Origin: an uncultured Bacteroidales bacterium
GTDB lineage: Bacteria > Bacteroidota > Bacteroidia > Bacteroidales > WCHB1-69
DNA length: 64,000 nt
NCBI GenBank assembly: GCA_947165685.1
Contig: CAMVBK010000005.1
Location: 23,071 to 87,070, forward strand
Reading direction: 5' to 3'
Below, in pieces: positions 9,759-19,034 of this stretch; position 1 is the stretch's first letter; every line of letters begins with the position of its first letter. Under the pieces are notes generated by a model that made no database searches, was not told the origin of the DNA, and worked only from the letters and a program-made list of their open reading frames with translations. The position numbers and the translations under genes are program-made.

Positions 9759-10411
9759 TGGGTCAGTTTCTGAATCATCATGATGCCGTCGCGGAAGGGC
9801 AGCAGCAGGTTGCGCACACGGGAGTCTTGTTGCACTTTGTCGTTGAAGGCCATGACGGCCTGCGTGTCTTTGTCGTTCCCACGCACTTCGTGAACCACTT
9901 TGCTGTTCCACAACGTGTTGTCTATCAGTATGAAGCCGTGTTCTCGGACTTGCGGAAACACGATTTCGTAGTATTCGTCGTAGTCGGTTTTCTCGGCATC
10001 GATGAACACCAGGTCCCAGAGGTCGCCGAGCGAAGGCACGATGGTCTTGGCATCCCCGATGTGGAGGCGGAGCTTTTGGCTGTCGGGGCATTCCGCGAAA
10101 TAGCGGCGAATACGCTCCTCGTACTCTTCGTTGATTTCGATGGTGTGCAGTAGGCCGTCGTCGGTGAGCCCTTCGGCCAGGCAGATGGCGGAGTAGCCTG
10201 TGAAAGTGCCGATTTCGAGGATCCGGCGCGGCCGCAGCATCCGGGAGACGAGCGACAGGAACTCGCCCTGCAGCTGACCGGAGGCCATGCGCGGGTTGAG
10301 GGTCTGCAGGTGTGTCTCGCGGTACAGACGGTGGAGCAGTTCTGTCTCCGCTGTCGTGTGCGCCTCGCAGTACTCCTCGATGGCGGGTTCTATGAGCTCG
10401 AAGGTGGACAT
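9755..10411 (-). CDS. class I SAM-dependent O-methyltransferase (caffeoyl-CoA OMT-like)
   Basis: [15 protein letters not shown] motif, FIDAEKTDY, 218 aa, 4 nt overlap with trmD. Confidence 0.8.
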   Translation of the reverse strand: MSTFELIEPAIEEYCEAHTTAETELLHRLYRETHLQTLNPRMASGQLQGEFLSLVSRMLRPRRILEIGTFTGYSAICLAEGLTDDGLLHTIEINEEYEERIRRYFAECPDSQKLRLHIGDAKTIVPSLGDLWDLVFIDAEKTDYDEYYEIVFPQVREHGFILIDNTLWNSKVVHEVRGNDKDTQAVMAFNDKVQQDSRVRNLLLPFRDGIMMIQKLTQ

Positions 10412-10611
10412 TACGACAGTTCGGCGATGGTCTTATTGACTTCCTCCTCGGTTTTGGTCAGCTTGTCGCGGCAGATCTTCATCAACGCCGTAGCACGTTT
10501 CATCTTCTCGGTCAGCTCATCCACACTGATGCTGTCGTTCTCCAACTGGTCCACGATTTCCTTCAGCTCCTCGAAAGCAGCGGTGTATGTAAGGTTTTCT
10601 TGTTGTTTCAT
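10411..10611 (-). CDS. xseB: exodeoxyribonuclease VII small subunit
   Basis: 66 aa, [19 protein letters not shown]...L.K.C...L pattern. Confidence 0.8.
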   Translation of the reverse strand: MKQQENLTYTAAFEELKEIVDQLENDSISVDELTEKMKRATALMKICRDKLTKTEEEVNKTIAELS

Positions 10612-10629
10612 TTAAGAAAGAATTTCAGG

Positions 10630-10695
10630 TTATAGTCATAGTCATAGTCATTAGTCATAGTCATTAGTCATAGTCATTAGTCATAGTCATAGTCC
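10630..10695. repeat. tandem repeat array (TAGTCAT / TAGTCATTAGTCA units)
   Basis: tatagtcatagtcatagtcattagtcatagtcattagtcatagtcattagtcatagtcatagtc. Confidence 0.9.
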
Positions 10696-10696
10696 G

Positions 10697-11317
10697 CTAA
10701 TACATGATTCCGAGTTTCACGCCGGCGAAGTGGTAGAGTGCGTCTTTCCGGGCGTTGGTGGAGTAGGCGGAGAAGTCTTGTTCGTCGGGTTTGGGGATGG
10801 TGTAGCGGATGTCGGTGTATTGGTTTTTGTAGCAGGCGGCGATGATGATGGAGAGGCGGTCGGTGAGGTTGAGGCGTATGCCGAGGCCTGCCTCGCCCAT
10901 CGGTCCGGTCTTGGTCCCGTGGATCACACGGTCCATCTTCTCGGGTGACGACGACACGTACCACTTGAAGCTGTAGCCCATGTTGGCGTAGAAGAGGGGT
11001 TGGATCTTGGTGTCGGTGAAGTTGACAGTGAGGTTAAGGGCCACGGGAATGAAGGCGGTGTAGCGCCAGAAGTCAAAGCCGGCCACTAACCCCATCTGGA
11101 AGTAGGGATTGAACTGGTAACCAAGCAATTGGTTGACGGAGATGTTGAAGTTTTTGTTCTGGACGGTTTTGGTTTCGAGCTCAATTTGTCCCAGGCCAGT
11201 GGCATAGCCCACGGAGGTCATGTAGATGAACTTCCGTTCGGGGGTCGCGCGTCGGCCTTGCGGGTAAGCACTGAGGCCAAGAATTATTATAAAAAATATA
11301 AGAATCGTCTTTTTCAT
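10697..11317 (-). CDS. small outer-membrane beta-barrel protein
   Basis: Signal peptide, alternating amphipathic strands, C-terminal ..GVKLGIMY aromatic end. Confidence 0.6.
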   Translation of the reverse strand: MKKTILIFFIIILGLSAYPQGRRATPERKFIYMTSVGYATGLGQIELETKTVQNKNFNISVNQLLGYQFNPYFQMGLVAGFDFWRYTAFIPVALNLTVNFTDTKIQPLFYANMGYSFKWYVSSSPEKMDRVIHGTKTGPMGEAGLGIRLNLTDRLSIIIAACYKNQYTDIRYTIPKPDEQDFSAYSTNARKDALYHFAGVKLGIMY

Positions 11318-11331
11318 CGGTATCTTATTTA

Positions 11332-13011
11332 TTATTGGGTTGGTTGCATTGATTTCAACATTTCGCGGGCGGTGAGTATGGCCGATTCCGTACGGCTTTC
11401 GCCGCTCATCATGGTGGCGATCATCTCCTCGCGTTCGGGCATGGAGAGGGTTTTGATGTTTGTGGAGGTGCGGTTTTCCGTCGTTTGCTTATAGACGAGG
11501 AGGTGCTGGGTGCCGCAGGCGGCAATCTGCGGCAAATGGGTGATGGCGATGACCTGGTGGCGGCCGGCCAGCAGCCGCATCATCTGGCCCACCTTCGAGG
11601 CTGTCTCGCCGGAGATGCCGGTGTCGATTTCATCGAAGATGATGGTGGGCAGGTACATGGAATCGGTGATGATGGACTTGAGGCAGAGCATGATACGCGA
11701 CATTTCGCCGCCGGAGGCGATCTTGGCGATGTCGGCGGGGGCAACGCCGGCGTTGGCGCTGAACAGGAAGGTGGCCGTGTCGATGCCGTTGTCGCGCGGC
11801 TCGCCGCTGTCGTCGAGGGTGACGGCGAATCGGCTTCCGGACATGCCGAGGCGATGCAGGCGTTCCTCCATGGCGTTGACGAGGGCGGGCGCAGCCTCCT
11901 TGCGGGAAGCGGAAAGCCGTGCAGCCTGTCGGCGCACTTCGGCCTCCAAGTTCTGCACTTCGGCCTCAGCCTCGGCGAGTTGCTCCTTGTTGTCGGAATA
12001 GGTCGCCACCTCCTGTTGCAGGTTGGCGAGAAGCTGAAGCAACGCCCTGTTGTCCTCGGCGCGGTATTTGTTCTGCAGCGAGAAGAGAAGGTCGAGGCGT
12101 TCGTTGAGCTGGTCGGTAAGGGCGGGGTTCACCTCCACGGTATCGTTTTTCCGCGACATCTCGTAGGCGAGGTCCTGCGTTTCGGTCAGCAGGTCGTCGA
12201 TGCGTCGGCCGAAGGCGGCGTATTCCGCGCCCACGCTTTCCAACGGGCGGCATTCCTGCTGCAGCATTTTCAACCTATATAGTATATTGTCATCCTCCTG
12301 CTCCGACAGGATCCTTGTGGCGTTGTAGAGATGGCTCTTGATGCTTTCGGCGGATGACAACTCCTTGATTTTCTGTTCTATTTCGGATTGTTCGTCCGGT
12401 TGTAGGTCGGCTTTTTCCAGTTCCTCGATGGTGTAGAGGTTGTAGTCGTAGCGTTGGGCGGCCTCGTCGCATTTCGTGCGCAGGGTCTCTAAGGCGGCCC
12501 TCTTTTCCTGCCATTGGCGGAGGACCTGACGGTATTGTTCCCGTTGCTCCTGGTTCTGGGCGAACTGGTCGAGGAGGAGCAGGCGGAAGCCGGCGTTCTG
12601 GAGCATCAGGGTCTGGTGCTGCGAATGGATATCGACCAAGAGGGAGGAGATGGCCTTCAGGGTGGCGAGGTTCACGGGCGTGTCGTTGACGAAGGCGCGC
12701 GACTTCCCGTGCTCGTTGATTTCGCGCCGGATGAGGGTCTCGTCCTGATAGTCGAGGTCGTATTGCCGGAAAAGTTCCTGCAGGTTCAGTCCTTGGATGT
12801 TGAAGGTGGCCTCCACGATGCACTTCTTGGACTTGTCGTGGAGCACGTCGGTGTCGGCGCGGTTGCCGAGAATCAGCGAGAGGGCGCCCATGAGGATGGA
12901 CTTTCCTGCGCCGGTCTCACCGGTAATGACCACTAAGCCTGATTGGAAACGGATTTCCAAAGACCTGATAATGGCATAGTTCTCTATTTGTAGGGAGGTC
13001 AGCATCGCCAC
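11332..13011 (-). CDS. recN: DNA repair protein RecN
   Basis: N-terminal Walker A GETGAGKSI, long coiled coil, C-terminal SGGE signature and IFDEIDTGISG. Confidence 0.93.
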   Translation of the reverse strand: MAMLTSLQIENYAIIRSLEIRFQSGLVVITGETGAGKSILMGALSLILGNRADTDVLHDKSKKCIVEATFNIQGLNLQELFRQYDLDYQDETLIRREINEHGKSRAFVNDTPVNLATLKAISSLLVDIHSQHQTLMLQNAGFRLLLLDQFAQNQEQREQYRQVLRQWQEKRAALETLRTKCDEAAQRYDYNLYTIEELEKADLQPDEQSEIEQKIKELSSAESIKSHLYNATRILSEQEDDNILYRLKMLQQECRPLESVGAEYAAFGRRIDDLLTETQDLAYEMSRKNDTVEVNPALTDQLNERLDLLFSLQNKYRAEDNRALLQLLANLQQEVATYSDNKEQLAEAEAEVQNLEAEVRRQAARLSASRKEAAPALVNAMEERLHRLGMSGSRFAVTLDDSGEPRDNGIDTATFLFSANAGVAPADIAKIASGGEMSRIMLCLKSIITDSMYLPTIIFDEIDTGISGETASKVGQMMRLLAGRHQVIAITHLPQIAACGTQHLLVYKQTTENRTSTNIKTLSMPEREEMIATMMSGESRTESAILTAREMLKSMQPTQ

Positions 13012-13913
13012 TATTTTGAGGTGGAGTTGATGGCGTCGTAGGCGGAGGAGTTGGTGGGGTCGATCTGTTTCATGATGTTGATGACCTGAGTTTTCTCCGA
13101 CGGCATGCCTTCCTTGAAGATGTTGATGATTTCGTCCTTTTTGGAGTTCAGGATGATGCGGAGTACGGCGAGGTTGGACTTCTGGGCGTTCACCTGTTGC
13201 AGGAGTTTGAGGCTTTCGAGGATGACGGCACGACCGGCGTCAGGGGTCTCGTACATGACGTCGAGGCCTAAGCGGTGATACTGGTAGTAGAAGTCGTGGA
13301 TTTTGCTGTAGGTGGAGTTGGTGAAATTCTCGGAGATCCAATAGCGGTTGTTCTGTCCGCTTTCGGCCACGTTCCATCCGGTCTCCTTGAGGTTGAGGTT
13401 CACGATGTTCTGGCACTTCGTGAAATAGGGGTCGCCGCCGTTCTGGGAGAAGGAGTCGAGCTCCACGGCGATGAAGAGGTTGAGGTAGTAGGCGATGAGG
13501 GAGGTGAGTTCGGAGAGGGCGGAGTTCTCGTCATATTCCAGCGGGTCGCCGTCGGCGTAGCGGAACTTCACCTTCTTGTCCTGGAAGCTCATCAGGGTGG
13601 TCTTGTAGCTGGCCTTATAGACGGGGCGTTGCAGCACTAAGGTGGCGGTGCCTTCGTATTCGTCGCCCGAGGCCTTGGTCAGGTTGATGGTGATAGAGCA
13701 CTCGATGCGCTCGTTTTGCTTCAGGTTGTACTGGCACCATTTGCGGTCGTGCACAAAGGTGTAGAGTTTCTGCCGTAGCTCGTTGTACCGCTCCTGGTTG
13801 CCCGTGCTTGAGATTTGGGTGGAGTTGATGGAGACCGAGCATTGGAAGTCCTGGGCCTGGAGGGTGGAGAGGGTAACGAGCATGAGGGCGATGAGTCCGA
13901 TGATGCGTTTCAT
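13011..13913 (-). CDS. DUF4835-family secreted protein (conserved recN neighbour in Bacteroidota)
   Basis: Signal peptide and position between coaBC and recN. The family was assigned from memory of this synteny. Confidence 0.6.
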   Translation of the reverse strand: MKRIIGLIALMLVTLSTLQAQDFQCSVSINSTQISSTGNQERYNELRQKLYTFVHDRKWCQYNLKQNERIECSITINLTKASGDEYEGTATLVLQRPVYKASYKTTLMSFQDKKVKFRYADGDPLEYDENSALSELTSLIAYYLNLFIAVELDSFSQNGGDPYFTKCQNIVNLNLKETGWNVAESGQNNRYWISENFTNSTYSKIHDFYYQYHRLGLDVMYETPDAGRAVILESLKLLQQVNAQKSNLAVLRIILNSKKDEIINIFKEGMPSEKTQVINIMKQIDPTNSSAYDAINSTSK

Positions 13914-13928
13914 AGTTTTGTTTTTTTG

Positions 13929-15122
13929 TTATTTGATGTACAATAATGCGGTTTGCAGAATCTCCTCTGCGATTTCCTGCTTGCTTTTGAGTTCGCTGGC
14001 GAACTCGCGGCCGTCCTTGCTGAAGATGGTCACCTGGTTGGTGGCGGTGCGGAAGCCGGCGCCGGCCGTGCGCAGGGAATTGAGAACGATGAGGTCGGCG
14101 TTTTTAGTGTGCAGTTTTTTCTTGGCGTTCTCCACCTCGTTCTCCGTTTCGAGCGCGAAGCCGATGAGCAGCTGGTCGTCGCGTTTGATTTTCCCGACGG
14201 AGGCCAGGATGTCTTTCGTCTTAACCAATTCCACCGACAGCTGGGCGAAGTCCTTCTTGATTTTTTCGGGGGCCACGTGTGCGGGCGTGTAGTCGGCCAC
14301 GGCGGCGGACATGATGATGATGTCCTGGTCATCCACGATTTGCATGCACTGTTGGTACATTTCCCCGGCGGTTTTCACGTCGAGGCGGCGGATGTTGCGG
14401 TGGCGGGCGGTGCAGTGGCTCGGTCCGGTGACGAGGGAGACCTCGGCGCCTTTGCGGGCGGCGGCTTCGGCGAGGCAGAAGCCCATGAGGCCGGAGGAGT
14501 GGTTGCCGATGAAGCGCACGGGGTCGATGGGCTCGTAGGTGGGGCCGGCGGTGATGAGCACTTTCTTGCCTTGCAGCGAGTGGTCGCTGGAGAGGAACTC
14601 ATCGACGGCCGCGAAGATTTCCTCGGGCTCCTGCATGCGTCCGCTGCCAGAGGTGCCGCAGGCGAGGAAGCCTTCGTTGGGGGTGAGCAGATGGCAGCCG
14701 CGATCGCGGAGGATGCTCAGGTTGTGCTGCACGGCCTCGTTGGCGAACATGTGGCTGTTCATGGCGGGGGCGAGGAACACCGGCTTTGTGACGGCGAGGA
14801 AGAGGGTGGAGAGGGCGTCGTCGGCGATGCCGTTGGCGAATTTGCCGAGGATGTTGGCGGTGGCGGGGGCCACCACGAGGGCGTCGGCCCATTCCGCCAT
14901 GCTGATGTGCTCCACCTCCATCGTGCGGTGCGGGTCGAACATGTCGGTGTAGAGCCGGTTCTGCGACAGCGTCTCGATGGTCAGCGGGGTGACGAACTGC
15001 AGGGCGTTGCGGGTGGCGGTCACGCGCACCTCATAGCCGTTCTTCTTGAACAGCCGGATGAGGGACATCGTCTTGTAGGCCGCGATGCCGCCGGAGATGC
15101 CGATGGCGATGTGCTTGCCCAT
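13929..15122 (-). CDS. coaBC: bifunctional phosphopantothenoylcysteine decarboxylase / phosphopantothenate-cysteine ligase
   Basis: N-terminal flavoprotein GISGGIAAYK, PAMN motif, C-terminal ITAGPT..IDPVRFI.N.SSG. Confidence 0.93.
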   Translation of the reverse strand: MGKHIAIGISGGIAAYKTMSLIRLFKKNGYEVRVTATRNALQFVTPLTIETLSQNRLYTDMFDPHRTMEVEHISMAEWADALVVAPATANILGKFANGIADDALSTLFLAVTKPVFLAPAMNSHMFANEAVQHNLSILRDRGCHLLTPNEGFLACGTSGSGRMQEPEEIFAAVDEFLSSDHSLQGKKVLITAGPTYEPIDPVRFIGNHSSGLMGFCLAEAAARKGAEVSLVTGPSHCTARHRNIRRLDVKTAGEMYQQCMQIVDDQDIIIMSAAVADYTPAHVAPEKIKKDFAQLSVELVKTKDILASVGKIKRDDQLLIGFALETENEVENAKKKLHTKNADLIVLNSLRTAGAGFRTATNQVTIFSKDGREFASELKSKQEIAEEILQTALLYIK

Positions 15123-15132
15123 GACGATGGAT

Positions 15133-15465
15133 TTACTGGTTGTCGGTCACGTCTTTGAAGTAGATCAGGCCGTTCTCGAACTCGTAGAGGGCCAGCTGTG
15201 TGGGTTTGGGAAGCTGCTCGTAGAGTTTGGAGAGCTCGATTTGTTCGCGGTTTTCATAAACCTCCTCGCCGGTGCGCTCTTGCGGGGTGTTGAGGTGCGA
15301 GTTCTCCTGGAACTCCTGCTTCAGCTCCGCTGCAATCTGGTCGGCACGTTTCGACATGATGACAATGCTCTTGTAGAAGTTGCCCGTGTCTTTGTCGTAC
15401 TTGCGGATGTCCTTCGTTTTGGCGTAGAGGTCGATTTTCAATTTTTTGTAGTCTAAAGCTTTCAT
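15133..15465 (-). CDS. rpoZ: DNA-directed RNA polymerase subunit omega (Bacteroidota type)
   Basis: 110 aa, ..SKRA.QI..ELKQE....ENREQIE.S..YE.LPKPT pattern, located between bamD and coaBC. Confidence 0.8.
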   Translation of the reverse strand: MKALDYKKLKIDLYAKTKDIRKYDKDTGNFYKSIVIMSKRADQIAAELKQEFQENSHLNTPQERTGEEVYENREQIELSKLYEQLPKPTQLALYEFENGLIYFKDVTDNQ

Positions 15466-15467
15466 TA

Positions 15468-16436
15468 TTAACTATTTGATTTGTTTTTGTATTTTTCTAA
15501 CTGTTTGGTGACATCGGCGGCGATTTTTTCCGTCTCTTTGGCGTATTTGCAGTCGGGGTAGTTGTCGCGCATTTTCTGGCAGGCTTCGAGGCAAGCCTTG
15601 TATCGTTCGGGTTTACGGCGTTCGGTGCTCCGCTTGGCGTATTCGAGATTGTTGAGCACGAGGTAATAAACGGCCTCGGGCATGAGCGGGGAGTAGGCGT
15701 ATTCGGTGAAGAACTGCTTGGCGGCGATCTGGCAGGCCTCGTAGTGGTCGGTGTTGTAGTAGAGTTTCACGATTTCCAGCGACTTGCGTGACAGTTTCAG
15801 GCGCAGGTCGTCGAGCATGAGGTTGCATTCCTCCACGTGTTTGTTGTCGGGGTAGGCTTGGAGGAAGGTTTTGATTTGTTCGATGGCGTAGTTGGTGTTG
15901 GACTGGTCGAGGTAGTATTCCGGGCTGGTCTTATAGACGGCCTGGATGCAGCGGAAGAAGGCGTCCTGGGTGCGGTCGGAGTTGGGGTAGCGGCGCACAT
16001 AGTCGCGGAAGTGGAGGGCGGCCATGTTGTAGTCGCCGTTCTGGTAGTAGGAGTCGGCGAAGAGGAAGAGGATGGTGTCGGCGCGGGCGGTGCCTAAGGA
16101 GAGGGGGTAGAGTTCTTGGAAGAGGCCGGCGGCGGAGAGCCACTGCCGGTTGTTGTAGTACTTCATGGCGCGTTCGTAGTGCTGGTCGAAGGTCTCGAAG
16201 GTGACGCGCTTGTTGCCCACGCGGCTCAGGCTGGTCTTCTTTTTGGAGGGTTTGCCGACGTTTTTGATGGGCGGGAGGGCGTCAGGGGCCGCGCTTTTTG
16301 CGGGCACGACGGTGTCCCGTGCCGCCGGGGTCGTGGGCACAATGGTGTCGGCTTTCGCGCGAAAGTCGGATGCATAAGCACCCATCGCAAAAGCTAACAA
16401 TATAACAATCAGTATGTTACAAGTCTTCTTTGCCAT
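15468..16436 (-). CDS. bamD: outer membrane protein assembly factor BamD (TPR lipoprotein)
   Basis: TPR-like repeats, YPNS..T.DA, YPD.KY motifs. ATG 16436 was chosen because a -7 box (CAAATATA on plus, 16452-16459) lies inside the longer ORF. Confidence 0.8.
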   Translation of the reverse strand: MAKKTCNILIVILLAFAMGAYASDFRAKADTIVPTTPAARDTVVPAKSAAPDALPPIKNVGKPSKKKTSLSRVGNKRVTFETFDQHYERAMKYYNNRQWLSAAGLFQELYPLSLGTARADTILFLFADSYYQNGDYNMAALHFRDYVRRYPNSDRTQDAFFRCIQAVYKTSPEYYLDQSNTNYAIEQIKTFLQAYPDNKHVEECNLMLDDLRLKLSRKSLEIVKLYYNTDHYEACQIAAKQFFTEYAYSPLMPEAVYYLVLNNLEYAKRSTERRKPERYKACLEACQKMRDNYPDCKYAKETEKIAADVTKQLEKYKNKSNS

Positions 16437-16538
16437 AATAAAAAATCCGCGCAAATATAGTATTTTTTGCGGATTTTTCAAGGCATTTGTTCCGAAATGT
16501 GAATTTGTCGCGAAACTCTTCCCGTCGGCGAGCCGTCT

Positions 16539-18851
16539 TTAGTCGAAGTCGAGTGTCATCACGGAATCTCTCTTGGTCTCGTTGCAGCCCGACGGGTCGC
16601 CGATGTATGCGCTCGGAATCGTGAAATTATATCCCGGCTTGTTGTAGCGGTCGTCGCCGCTCACAATGTTGAGGTAGGGCAGTTTCGGGTCGGCATAGAC
16701 CTTGCTCATGAAGAGGCCGAACACGGGCATGGCCGTTCTCGCGCCCTGTCCGAGGGCAGTGCTGCGGAAGTGCGCGGCGCGGTCCTCGCAGCCCACCCAC
16801 ACGCCGCAGGTCAGCAGCGGGGTGTAGCCCACGAACCAGCCGTCGGACTGGTTGTCGGTGGTGCCGGTCTTGCCCGCAAGCGGGAAGGAGATGCCGTACT
16901 GGCTGCGCAGGCGGCCGCCGGTGCCGTAATCCACCACGCCCTGCATCAGGCGCACCGTCTTGAAGGCCGTGATCTGGTCCATGGCCTCGTTGGTCTTCGG
17001 CACCTTGGTGTAGATGACGTTGCCCTCCTTGTCGCAGATGTGGGTGATGAAGATGGGTTCGACATAGACGCCCTGGTTGGGGAAACAGTTGATGGCCCCG
17101 ACCTGCTCGTAGAGCGTTAATTCGCAGGCTCCCAAGCAGATGGAAGGCACGGCGGGAATGTCGGAGGTCATGCCCATGTTGCGGACCAGGTCGATGACGG
17201 CGTTGGGACCGTAGCGTTTCATCAGGTAGGCGGACACTTGGTTGAGGGAGTGCGCCAGGGCCTCGCGCAGCGGCAGCATCTGCCCCTCCTTGTAACCGCC
17301 GGAGTTGTGCGGGGTCCATTTCGCGCCCGTGGCGGTCTCGATGGTCACCGGCACGTTGGGCACCATGGTGCAGGGGTCGAAGTCGCCGCTCTGCATGGCC
17401 ACGGTATAGACGTAGGGCTTGAAGGTGGAGCCGACTTGCCGTTTGGAGAGCTTCACGTGGTCGAACTGGAAATACTCGTAGTTGGTGCCGCCGACGTAGG
17501 CCTTCACGTGGCCCGTCGCGGCCTCCACGCACATCAGTCCGCACTGCAGGAACGACTTGTAGTAGCGGATGGAGTCCATCGGGGTCATCACCGTGTCAAT
17601 CATGCCTTTGTAGCTATAGACGGTCATCTTGGCCTTCTTGTTGAACGCCGCCTCGATTTCCGCGTCGGTCTTGCCGGCGTCCTTCATCTGCTCATAGCGT
17701 TCGCTCTGTTTCACGGCGCGCCACAGGATGTTGTGGGTCTGTTCCTCACTGATGTTCACGAACGGGGCGTTCTTCGCGCCTTTGATGTGGTTGAAGAAGA
17801 GCGGCTGCAGGTAGTCGCAGACATGCTCCTGAACGGCGGCTTCGGCGTGCTGTTGCATGCGGGAGTCGATGGTGGTATAGATCTTCAGTCCGTCGCAGTA
17901 GAGGTCGTAGCGGGACCCGTCGTTCTTGGGGTTCTTGTCGCACCAGTCTTTGAGGACAAGTCGCAGGTATTCACGGAAATAGGTGGCAATGCCGGCGGTG
18001 TGGGCCTGCGATTTGAAGTGGCTCATGTCGATGGGGATTTCCTTGATGGAGTCGAACTGGGCCGGGGTGATGAAGTCGTATTTCTTCATCTGGCCGAGCA
18101 CGGTGTTGCGGCGGTCGAGGGCGGCCTGCGGGTGTCGCCGCGGACTGTATTTGGAAGGGGCCTTGAGCATGCCCACGAGCAGGGCGGCCTCCTCGGTGTT
18201 GATGTCGGCCGGATCCTTGTCGAAGTAGGTGCGGGCGGCGGACTTGATGCCGACGGCGTTGTTGCCGAAATCGACCGTGTTGAAGTACATGGCGAGGATT
18301 TCATCCTTCGAGTAGGCGCGCTCCAGTTTGGTGGCCACCACCCACTCTTTGAATTTGGTGAACACAATCTTGATTTTCCCTGCCTTGGGGTCGCGGGGGA
18401 AGAGGTTTTTGGCCAACTGCTGGGTGATGGTGCTGCCGCCGCCCTTGTGGTGGCGGGTGGCCACGCCGACGGCCACGCGGAACAGGGCCTTCACGTCAAC
18501 GCCGGAGTGATTGTAGAACCGCGAGTCTTCCGTGGCAATCAGCGCGTTACGCAGCTCTTCGGAAAGGTCCGCGTATTTGCAGTTGGAACGGTTCTCACGG
18601 TAGTAGGTGCCCAAAAGGACGCCGTCGGAGGAGATGACCTCCGTGGCGAGATTGGAGTCCGGGTTCTCCAGCTCCGCGAACGAGGGCATGTAGCCCATCC
18701 ACCCCAAAGAGATGAACAGGAACATCAGGCATACGAGACCGAACAGGATGAAATAGACCTTCCAGAAGGTCTTGGCCCATTTTGGGAGGCTTCCCTTCGA
18801 CGGTCTCTTTTTCGTGTCGTCATGCGACGAACCGGATTTCGCAGTGTACAT
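16539..18851 (-). CDS. mrcA: penicillin-binding protein 1A (bifunctional glycosyltransferase/transpeptidase)
   Basis: GT51 motifs EDSRFY.H.G, GGSTITQQ and RKxxE-like; transpeptidase STFKP and KTGTT. The start was moved to ATG 18851 because the track start (TTG 18878) lies inside the -7 box. Confidence 0.92.
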   Translation of the reverse strand: MYTAKSGSSHDDTKKRPSKGSLPKWAKTFWKVYFILFGLVCLMFLFISLGWMGYMPSFAELENPDSNLATEVISSDGVLLGTYYRENRSNCKYADLSEELRNALIATEDSRFYNHSGVDVKALFRVAVGVATRHHKGGGSTITQQLAKNLFPRDPKAGKIKIVFTKFKEWVVATKLERAYSKDEILAMYFNTVDFGNNAVGIKSAARTYFDKDPADINTEEAALLVGMLKAPSKYSPRRHPQAALDRRNTVLGQMKKYDFITPAQFDSIKEIPIDMSHFKSQAHTAGIATYFREYLRLVLKDWCDKNPKNDGSRYDLYCDGLKIYTTIDSRMQQHAEAAVQEHVCDYLQPLFFNHIKGAKNAPFVNISEEQTHNILWRAVKQSERYEQMKDAGKTDAEIEAAFNKKAKMTVYSYKGMIDTVMTPMDSIRYYKSFLQCGLMCVEAATGHVKAYVGGTNYEYFQFDHVKLSKRQVGSTFKPYVYTVAMQSGDFDPCTMVPNVPVTIETATGAKWTPHNSGGYKEGQMLPLREALAHSLNQVSAYLMKRYGPNAVIDLVRNMGMTSDIPAVPSICLGACELTLYEQVGAINCFPNQGVYVEPIFITHICDKEGNVIYTKVPKTNEAMDQITAFKTVRLMQGVVDYGTGGRLRSQYGISFPLAGKTGTTDNQSDGWFVGYTPLLTCGVWVGCEDRAAHFRSTALGQGARTAMPVFGLFMSKVYADPKLPYLNIVSGDDRYNKPGYNFTIPSAYIGDPSGCNETKRDSVMTLDFD

Positions 18852-18875
18852 TTTTCCTAATTTAAAATCAGGCTG

Positions 18876-18883
18876 CAAAAGTA
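18876..18883 (-). promoter_or_regulatory. -7 box TAnnTTTG for PBP1A
   Basis: Minus strand reads TACTTTTG. Confidence 0.55.
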
Positions 18884-18961
18884 CAAAAAAATCGAAATCG
18901 ATGCCTCCCCCGATGCGGCCGGTGGTTTGTTTCCGAAACTTGGTTGATTCGGATTAATTTG

Positions 18962-18969
18962 TATTTTTG
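18962..18969 (+). promoter_or_regulatory. -7 box TAnnTTTG for the response-regulator/kinase operon
   Basis: TATTTTTG, 66 nt upstream of ATG 19035. Confidence 0.5.
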
Positions 18970-19034
18970 CCACCGTTTTTCCGACAAGTCAAAAAAAACA
19001 TGATTGTTCGGGCGTTCAAGAAACCTTCAAAAAG

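Noticed and set aside
9759-10091. The 111-codon N-terminal extension of trmD in the ORF track. Similar extensions occur at 3655 (T9SS type-B protein), 39784 (permease 3), 45428 (permease 4), 47936 (kamA), 16481 (bamD), 18878 (PBP1A) and 61834 (hflX).
   Set aside because: The extensions overlap the neighbouring gene, a promoter box or a structured repeat, and lack family similarity. Internal ATGs reproduce the canonical N-termini.
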